Source: an uncultured Rickettsiales bacterium
GTDB taxonomy: Bacteria > Pseudomonadota > Alphaproteobacteria > Rickettsiales > CANDYO01
Assembly (NCBI GenBank): GCA_964356785.1
Contig: CAYHIS010000003.1
Coordinates: 51,323-115,322, forward strand
Direction: 5' to 3'
Length of the DNA stretch: 64,000 nt
Part shown: one piece after another, positions 57,973 through 64,000 of the stretch
How the letters are laid out: every line of letters begins with the position of its first letter
Position numbering within the stretch: position 1 is the first letter of the stretch
The notes under the pieces: generated by a model
The model's database searches: none
Told to the model about the DNA's origin: nothing
What the model saw: the letters and a program-made list of their open reading frames with translations, nothing else
Translations under genes and position numbers: made by a program

Positions 57973-60798
57973 TTATTTATAATATTCTTTAAGATAATAT
58001 CCTGTAATACTTTCCTTGCAATTTATTATATCTAAAGGAGCTCCGGAGGCCACTATATTTCCACCTTTTTCCCCGCCTTCTGGTCCAACATCTATAATAT
58101 AGTCAGCCGTTTTAATGACATCTAGATTATGCTCAATAACTAATGCTGTGTTTCCTAGATTTACCAATTTATGCAGTACACCTAAAAGTTTATTTACGTC
58201 ATCCGCATGAAGCCCAGTGGTAGGTTCATCTAAAATATATAAAGTTCTTCCTGTAGATCTTTTTGATAACTCTTTGGCAAGCTTGATCCTTTGCGCCTCC
58301 CCCCCAGAAAGAGTGGTAGCAGATTGTCCTATTCTAATATAACCAAGCCCTACATCCTGAAGAGCCTTTAGCTTTTCTGCAATAGCAGGTATATTAATAA
58401 AAAGATTTAAAGCATCATTAACTGTTAAATTTAGAACATCAGATATAGAATGATTTTTATATTTTACTTCTAATGTTGAGCGATTATATCTTTCTCCATT
58501 ACATTCTTCACATTTTACGTAAACATCTGGTAAGAAATGCATTTCTATTTTTATTACACCATCACCTTGGCACGCTTCACATCTTCCGCCTTTAACGTTA
58601 AATGAAAAACGCCCAACTTTATAACCTCTTGCTTTTGATTCAGGAAGCTCAACGAACCAATCACGAACAGCATTAAATGCGCCAGTGTAAGTAGCAGGAT
58701 TTGATCTTGGGGTTCTACCAATAGGAGATTGATCAATTTCAATAACCTTATCAATATATTCAACTCCGGAAATGGATTCATAAATGCCAGGCGCTACGTT
58801 TGCCTTATCCAATTTTTTTATAATAGCTTTATAAAGCGTATGAATTACAAGACTTGATTTACCACCACCAGACACTCCAGTTACGCAGGTGAATGTTCCC
58901 AAAGGAAGAGTCATACTAACATTTTTAAGATTATTAGTTTTAGCTCCAGTCAAAGCTACAACTCTATCTTTATTCCATTTTCTTGTTTCTTTTGGTACAG
59001 GAATAAATTTTACCCCTTTTAGATATTGCCCTGTAATACTTTCCGGATTTTCCTGAACTTCTAGTGGTGTACCCTGCGCCACAACCATCCCACCATGAAC
59101 ACCAGCTCCAGGTCCTATATCTATTAAATGATCAGCAAAAAGCATAGTTTCATGATCATGCTCTACAACTATTACAGTATTTCCAAGTTCCTTTAGATGC
59201 TTTAGAGTTTGAAGCAATTTATCATTATCCCTCTGATGCAAGCCTATTGATGGCTCATCCAGAACATATAAAATTCCTGTAAGACCAGATCCTATTTGCG
59301 AAGCAAGACGAATTCTTTGACTCTCCCCTCCTGACAATGTACCAGACTCTCTAGACAATGTAAGATATTCTAACCCAACATTATTCAAGAACCCTAGCCT
59401 CTCTCTTATTTCTTTTAAAATCCTATCAGCGATTTTATTTTGAGTATTATTTAATTTATTTGGTAACTCAATGGCCCAATCATACGCCCTTGCTATTGTA
59501 AGATCACCAACTTGACCAATATTCATATCAGCTATCTTTATGCATAGAGACTCTGTTTTCAGTCTATATCCATTACAAGACTGGCATCTTCTTTCTTTTT
59601 GATAAACTTTTAACTCTTCTTCCATCCAATCTTTATTATCTTGTAAGGTTTTATTTAGAGCCGGGATAACTCCTTCAAAAACTTTAGTTAAAGATTGTTT
59701 TCTAAAACCATCTGTATAATTAAATACTATTTCTTCTTCACCCGATCCAAAAAGAATAATATTTTGTATTTCTTTAGGAAGCTTTTCAAATGAATAATCT
59801 AAACTAAATTTATAATGCTGAGATAGGCTTTCTAAAGTTTGCATCTGATATTTTGTTTTTGAAGCTCTCCACGGCGCTATAGCGTCCTCATTTAGAGAAA
59901 GAGAAGAGTCTGGGATTACTAAATATGGCTCAAAATAATGTTCTATACCAATACCTTGGCATTGAGGACAAGCGCCAAATGGACTATTAAAGGAAAAAAT
60001 TCTGGGCTCAATTTCATTAATTTGGAACCCCGAAACTGGACAAGAGAATTTTTCTGAAAAAACAATAATTCTCTCTTCTTTCACTAATTCTACAAACAAT
60101 AATCCTTCACCTATTTTTAAAGAAGCTTCAACGCTTTCTGTAAGACGAACATTAATATCTTTCTCAATAACAAGTCTATCAACTACTATCTCAATATCAT
60201 GTTTCTTATTTTTATCTAAAACAGGGAGATCATCTAATTCATAAATAATTCCATCAATTCTAACTCTCTGATATCCATGCTTTCTAAATTGAAGTAATTC
60301 TTTACGATGTTCACCTTTTAAACCTCTTACTATTGGAGCCAAAATATAAATCTTAGTTTCAAGAGGAAGTTCTAAAATAGCATCTACAATTTGAACAGGA
60401 GTCTGGCTTTGGATGGGCAGCCCAGTAGCTGGCGAGTAAGGAATACCAACTCTAGCATATAGAAGGCGCAAGTAATCATAAATCTCCGTTATTGTTCCTA
60501 CCGTAGATCTCGGATTGCGTGAAGTGGTTTTTTGATCAATTGCTATCGCTGGAGACAAGCCAGATATAGATTCAACCTCAGGCTTATTTTGCAATTGAAG
60601 AAATTGCCTCGCGTATGAAGAAAGACTTTCTACATATCTTCTTTGCCCTTCTGCATATATAGTATCAAATGCAAGCGAAGATTTACCAGACCCACTCAAT
60701 CCAGTAATTACAATAAGTTGGTTTTTAGGAATATCAATATTAACATTTTTTAAATTATGCTCTTTTGCACCACGTACTCTTATATACTCATCTAACAT
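57973..60798 (-). CDS. uvrA: excinuclease ABC subunit A
   Basis: '[17 protein letters not shown]...[28 protein letters not shown]', zinc fingers and two ABC modules. The ATG at 60798 fits the UvrA N-terminus better than the TTG at 60825. Confidence 0.96.
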   Translation of the reverse strand: MLDEYIRVRGAKEHNLKNVNIDIPKNQLIVITGLSGSGKSSLAFDTIYAEGQRRYVESLSSYARQFLQLQNKPEVESISGLSPAIAIDQKTTSRNPRSTVGTITEIYDYLRLLYARVGIPYSPATGLPIQSQTPVQIVDAILELPLETKIYILAPIVRGLKGEHRKELLQFRKHGYQRVRIDGIIYELDDLPVLDKNKKHDIEIVVDRLVIEKDINVRLTESVEASLKIGEGLLFVELVKEERIIVFSEKFSCPVSGFQINEIEPRIFSFNSPFGACPQCQGIGIEHYFEPYLVIPDSSLSLNEDAIAPWRASKTKYQMQTLESLSQHYKFSLDYSFEKLPKEIQNIILFGSGEEEIVFNYTDGFRKQSLTKVFEGVIPALNKTLQDNKDWMEEELKVYQKERRCQSCNGYRLKTESLCIKIADMNIGQVGDLTIARAYDWAIELPNKLNNTQNKIADRILKEIRERLGFLNNVGLEYLTLSRESGTLSGGESQRIRLASQIGSGLTGILYVLDEPSIGLHQRDNDKLLQTLKHLKELGNTVIVVEHDHETMLFADHLIDIGPGAGVHGGMVVAQGTPLEVQENPESITGQYLKGVKFIPVPKETRKWNKDRVVALTGAKTNNLKNVSMTLPLGTFTCVTGVSGGGKSSLVIHTLYKAIIKKLDKANVAPGIYESISGVEYIDKVIEIDQSPIGRTPRSNPATYTGAFNAVRDWFVELPESKARGYKVGRFSFNVKGGRCEACQGDGVIKIEMHFLPDVYVKCEECNGERYNRSTLEVKYKNHSISDVLNLTVNDALNLFINIPAIAEKLKALQDVGLGYIRIGQSATTLSGGEAQRIKLAKELSKRSTGRTLYILDEPTTGLHADDVNKLLGVLHKLVNLGNTALVIEHNLDVIKTADYIIDVGPEGGEKGGNIVASGAPLDIINCKESITGYYLKEYYK

Positions 60799-60953
60799 TA
60801 ACAATAATTCCTCTTCAAAAATCAATTGCTCTATTCTAAACGAAATATAGCTTACTTAGCAAGCATTTAAAAATTATGCTAAGCTTAAGCCACTAGAGCT
60901 CACCATTAACAATATATTTCGTTACAAAGCTTTTGTTGCGCTAGTTCCTTGGA

Positions 60954-63053
60954 TTAACTATCTTTTAAGAACTTTTCATGAATTTTCTTATAACCAATTT
61001 TATCAAAAACAATTTCAACAAGTTCCCCATCTTTTCTAATAACTGTCCCTATACCAAAACTCGCATGAGACATTTTTTTAATGCCAATAATAGCCTCATT
61101 ATTCTTACGATTATCTTGATTGCCAAAACTACTCATTTTTTCATATTTAAAACTTAAATTATTGCCATTATCTCGAATCACCGAAGGAAGACTAAGAATC
61201 TCATCTAAAAATATAGATTGCCTATTATATTGCCATGTTCCATACATCAATCTGCTATTTGCATGAAGAATATATAATTTTCGCTTAGCTCTAGTCATAG
61301 CCACATAAGCCAAACGTCTTTCCTCTTCTAGATTATCCTGCTCAATACTCATTTTGCTAGGAAAAATCCCCTCTTCCCATCCAGGCAGAAAAACAGCTTC
61401 AAATTCTAGCCCCTTAGCTGCATGCATAGTCATGATCTTTACTACATCATTTTCTTCTTTATTTTCCATTTCATTGACTAAACTAATATGCTCCAGAAAT
61501 TCTATAATACTTGGAAATTCTGCGATATTTTTAAGCAATTCTTCAATATTTTCAATTCTTGATTCAGACTCAAGCGTATTCTCAAGCCTTAATGAGTCGA
61601 TATATCCTGATTCCTCAATGATTATTTTACTGGCTTCATGCACTGAATAATTTGCAAATAATTTATTCCATCTTTCTGCGCGCTCAATGAACTCTAGCAA
61701 ACCACTATATGTCTTTCCTTTAAAATACTGATTTAAGATCATTAATTGAGCAGATCTAAAATAACTACATTGATGAATATTGGCATATTCCTGTATCTGT
61801 TTGATAGTAGTTAATCCAACACCTCTTTTAGGAGTATTTATAATTCTTTCAAATGATAAACTATCATCTAAATTATAAGATAGCTTTATATAAGCTAATG
61901 CATTTTTAACTTCCATACGTTCATAAAATTTTAGCCCACCAAATATTTTGTATGGTATTTTATATTGAATTAAAACCTCTTCAATTATTCTAGTTTGAAA
62001 ACTTGCTCTAACAAGAATAGCTATTTCTTGTCTGGAAATTATATCTGAAAGTTTCTTAATCTCTTGAGCTATGCGATCGGCCTCTTTATAAGAGTTTTCA
62101 CCGATAATAATTCTCACTCTCTCTTCTGATTCTATTTCTGTCCATAAATTTTTTCCAATTCTGGTCTTATTATTGGAAATTAGTTGATTAGCTGTAGATA
62201 AAATATTTTGACTAGAACGATAATTCTGCTCAAGTCTAATAATTTTTGCTCCAGGAAAATCATGAGTAAATTTCATGATATTTCTTATTTCTGCACCACG
62301 CCAACTATAAATAGATTGGTCCTCATCACCAACCGCGCATATATTTTTGTGTTTTTGCGATAAATATCTTAGCCAAAGATATTGTATAGCATTGGTGTCT
62401 TGATATTCATCAACCATTACATAATGAAATTTTTCTTGATAATAATTTAGTATTTCAGGAAAATCTTTAAATAACTTAATACAGTATAGTAATAAATCTC
62501 CAAAATCTAAGCTACCAAACTGTTTTAGTCTCTTTTGATATTCTATATAAACAGATTTAATTGACCTTTGAGAACTAGAAGTTAAATCAGACGCAGATAA
62601 ATCCTCAGGAAATAATCCTAAATCTTTCCATCTTCCTATCATCCCAGCCACTTTCTTGATTGGATATTCTTTATCACTATAATTCATTTCTTTAAGAATT
62701 TTATTCAAGAGCTTCCACTGATCATCTACATCAATAATTATAAATTCTTTGGATAATTTTAGAGCCTCTGTATGAACACGAATTATTTTAGTAGCCAAAG
62801 AATGGAATGTTCCAACCCAGATACCTCTTATGTCTGCAATATCGCTAATTCGCGCTAGCATCTCATTTGCAGCTTTGTTAGTGAAAGTTACAGCCATAAC
62901 CCGATCAGGCATAGTTATTCCATTATTAATTATATGCGCAATTCTTTGTGTAATAACTCGAGTTTTTCCAGTTCCAGCACCAGCTAAAATTAGCAATGGA
63001 CCTTCGGTCTGCTGAGTAGCTTCTAATTGCTGAGGATTTAATTTAATATTCAT
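60954..63053 (-). CDS. uvrD: ATP-dependent DNA helicase, UvrD/Rep/PcrA family
   Basis: 'LNPQQLEATQQTEGPLLILAGAGTGKT', 'VMVDEYQDTN', 'LEQNYRS' and 'MTMHAAKGLEF...VAMTRAK'. Confidence 0.9.
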   Translation of the reverse strand: MNIKLNPQQLEATQQTEGPLLILAGAGTGKTRVITQRIAHIINNGITMPDRVMAVTFTNKAANEMLARISDIADIRGIWVGTFHSLATKIIRVHTEALKLSKEFIIIDVDDQWKLLNKILKEMNYSDKEYPIKKVAGMIGRWKDLGLFPEDLSASDLTSSSQRSIKSVYIEYQKRLKQFGSLDFGDLLLYCIKLFKDFPEILNYYQEKFHYVMVDEYQDTNAIQYLWLRYLSQKHKNICAVGDEDQSIYSWRGAEIRNIMKFTHDFPGAKIIRLEQNYRSSQNILSTANQLISNNKTRIGKNLWTEIESEERVRIIIGENSYKEADRIAQEIKKLSDIISRQEIAILVRASFQTRIIEEVLIQYKIPYKIFGGLKFYERMEVKNALAYIKLSYNLDDSLSFERIINTPKRGVGLTTIKQIQEYANIHQCSYFRSAQLMILNQYFKGKTYSGLLEFIERAERWNKLFANYSVHEASKIIIEESGYIDSLRLENTLESESRIENIEELLKNIAEFPSIIEFLEHISLVNEMENKEENDVVKIMTMHAAKGLEFEAVFLPGWEEGIFPSKMSIEQDNLEEERRLAYVAMTRAKRKLYILHANSRLMYGTWQYNRQSIFLDEILSLPSVIRDNGNNLSFKYEKMSSFGNQDNRKNNEAIIGIKKMSHASFGIGTVIRKDGELVEIVFDKIGYKKIHEKFLKDS

Positions 63054-63074
63054 AAATATGCTATATAGCGTAAA

Positions 63075-63830
63075 CTAACTAGATAATTTACTTAAAATAG
63101 TTTCTGAAATAGAAAAATTTCCTATCACATTTTGTACATCGTCATTATCTTCAAGCGCATCTATAAATTTATATATAGTGCTTACTTGATCTTCTGAATC
63201 AACTTGAATTATCGTCTGAGGATTCCAAGATAATTTTGCAGTTTTTTGATCACCAAACTTATTACATAAAAATTCTCTTATTTCATTTAAAGAATCGGGA
63301 TTTGTAATGCAAACAAAATTATCTTCTTCCTCATAACAATCATCTGCTCCAGCCTCTAATGCAGCTTCAAAAAATTGATCAAAGCTTGGCGCGGCTTTCG
63401 AATCAAATTCTATGATGCCTATTCTATTAAACATAAAACTCACACTACCAGCTTCACCAAGCGCTCCACCATGCTTAGTAAAAGCCGATCTAACATCTGA
63501 GGCCGTACGATTTCTATTATCTGTTAACGCCTCAACTATAAAAGCTAAGCCACCAGATAAATATCCTTCATAACGCATTTCTTCAAAATTATCTCCTTCA
63601 TGAGGATTACTAGCTCTTTTAATCGCTGCATCTACCCTATCTTTAGGTAAATTTCCAGCTCTTGCAGCTATCATAGCATTACGAAGCCTAGAGTTCATCT
63701 GAGGATCAGGTAACCCAGATTTAGCAGCTACAATAATTTCTCTGGTTAGTTTAGTAAAAATTTTTGCACGTTTTTTATCTTGCGCATCTTTTCTATGTTT
63801 AATATTTGCAAACTGTGAATGCCCCGCCAT
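63075..63830 (-). CDS. yebC: YebC/PmpR-family transcriptional regulator
   Basis: 'MAGHSQFANIKHRKDAQDKKRAKIFTKL'. The track start at 63869 lies inside the hairpin repeat, so I use the ATG at 63830. Confidence 0.9.
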   Translation of the reverse strand: MAGHSQFANIKHRKDAQDKKRAKIFTKLTREIIVAAKSGLPDPQMNSRLRNAMIAARAGNLPKDRVDAAIKRASNPHEGDNFEEMRYEGYLSGGLAFIVEALTDNRNRTASDVRSAFTKHGGALGEAGSVSFMFNRIGIIEFDSKAAPSFDQFFEAALEAGADDCYEEEDNFVCITNPDSLNEIREFLCNKFGDQKTAKLSWNPQTIIQVDSEDQVSTIYKFIDALEDNDDVQNVIGNFSISETILSKLSS

Positions 63831-63863
63831 TTCTTTAAACTCGTAATATTTTACTAGATCTTT

Positions 63864-63921
63864 CGTCATTCTGAGCGCCAGCGAAGAATCTAGAGATCCT
63901 TCACGTGCGTTCAGGATGACG
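63864..63921. repeat. 58-bp GC-rich imperfect hairpin repeat
   Basis: 'cgtcattctgagcgccagcgaagaatct' pairs with 'agatccttcacgtgcgttcaggatgacg'. It is much more GC-rich than its surroundings. Confidence 0.65.
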
Positions 63922-64000
63922 TCATTTATATTTCAGCGACTATACCATGCGTCAATATTATTGGCAAGAGAGACATTCTTCATATTTATTATCTTCCACC

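Noticed and set aside
63831-63869. Upstream ATG extending yebC
   Set aside because: The ATG lies inside the GC-rich hairpin repeat. The downstream ATG at 63830 gives the canonical YebC N-terminus 'MAGHSQFANIKHRK'.

Overview
AT-rich window (about 30-32 % GC by eye), densely coding, with clear alphaproteobacterial content: ntrY/ntrX, ctaG-ctaE, ctaA, ALA-synthase hemA, rpoH, a PopZ/DUF2497 homologue and a full-length spoT. The style fits a host-associated Rickettsiales/Holosporales-like genome; I cannot name the organism. About 60 CDS and two tRNAs (Leu-CAA, Arg-ACG) are supported. I saw no rRNA, CRISPR array, transposase or integrase. Most genes are housekeeping: nrdR, uppS, cdsA, xthA, slt, fabH, iscU-iscA-hscB, ruvC, eno, pstB, tolC, murE, mutL, rnd, secA, efp, brnQ, uvrA, uvrD and yebC. 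Interspersed is a dense set of eukaryote-interaction-type genes. These include an orphan virD4 coupling-protein gene flanked by two ankyrin-repeat genes and fused into a tolC-popZ array. Next to it sit an OTU-type cysteine protease and a divergent hyper-acidic protein with SIM/CK2-like motifs. There are also two secreted GT90/CAP10 glycosyltransferase paralogues, a YopJ-family (His/Asp/Cys) candidate beside a relBE module, a 786-aa pentapeptide-repeat protein with a hairpin hydrophobic domain, and a membrane-anchored ADP-ribosylglycohydrolase-fold gene in an emrB-OMF operon that lacks an adaptor. Several small repeat families are visible: a 166-bp MITE-like element that exactly fills the ntrY-ntrX spacer (with a solo end at 57.8 kb), a 105-bp palindromic element, and a 58-bp hairpin at the window end. 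Probable gene remnants lie upstream of rpoH. All functional calls rest on motif recognition by eye; no searches were run.
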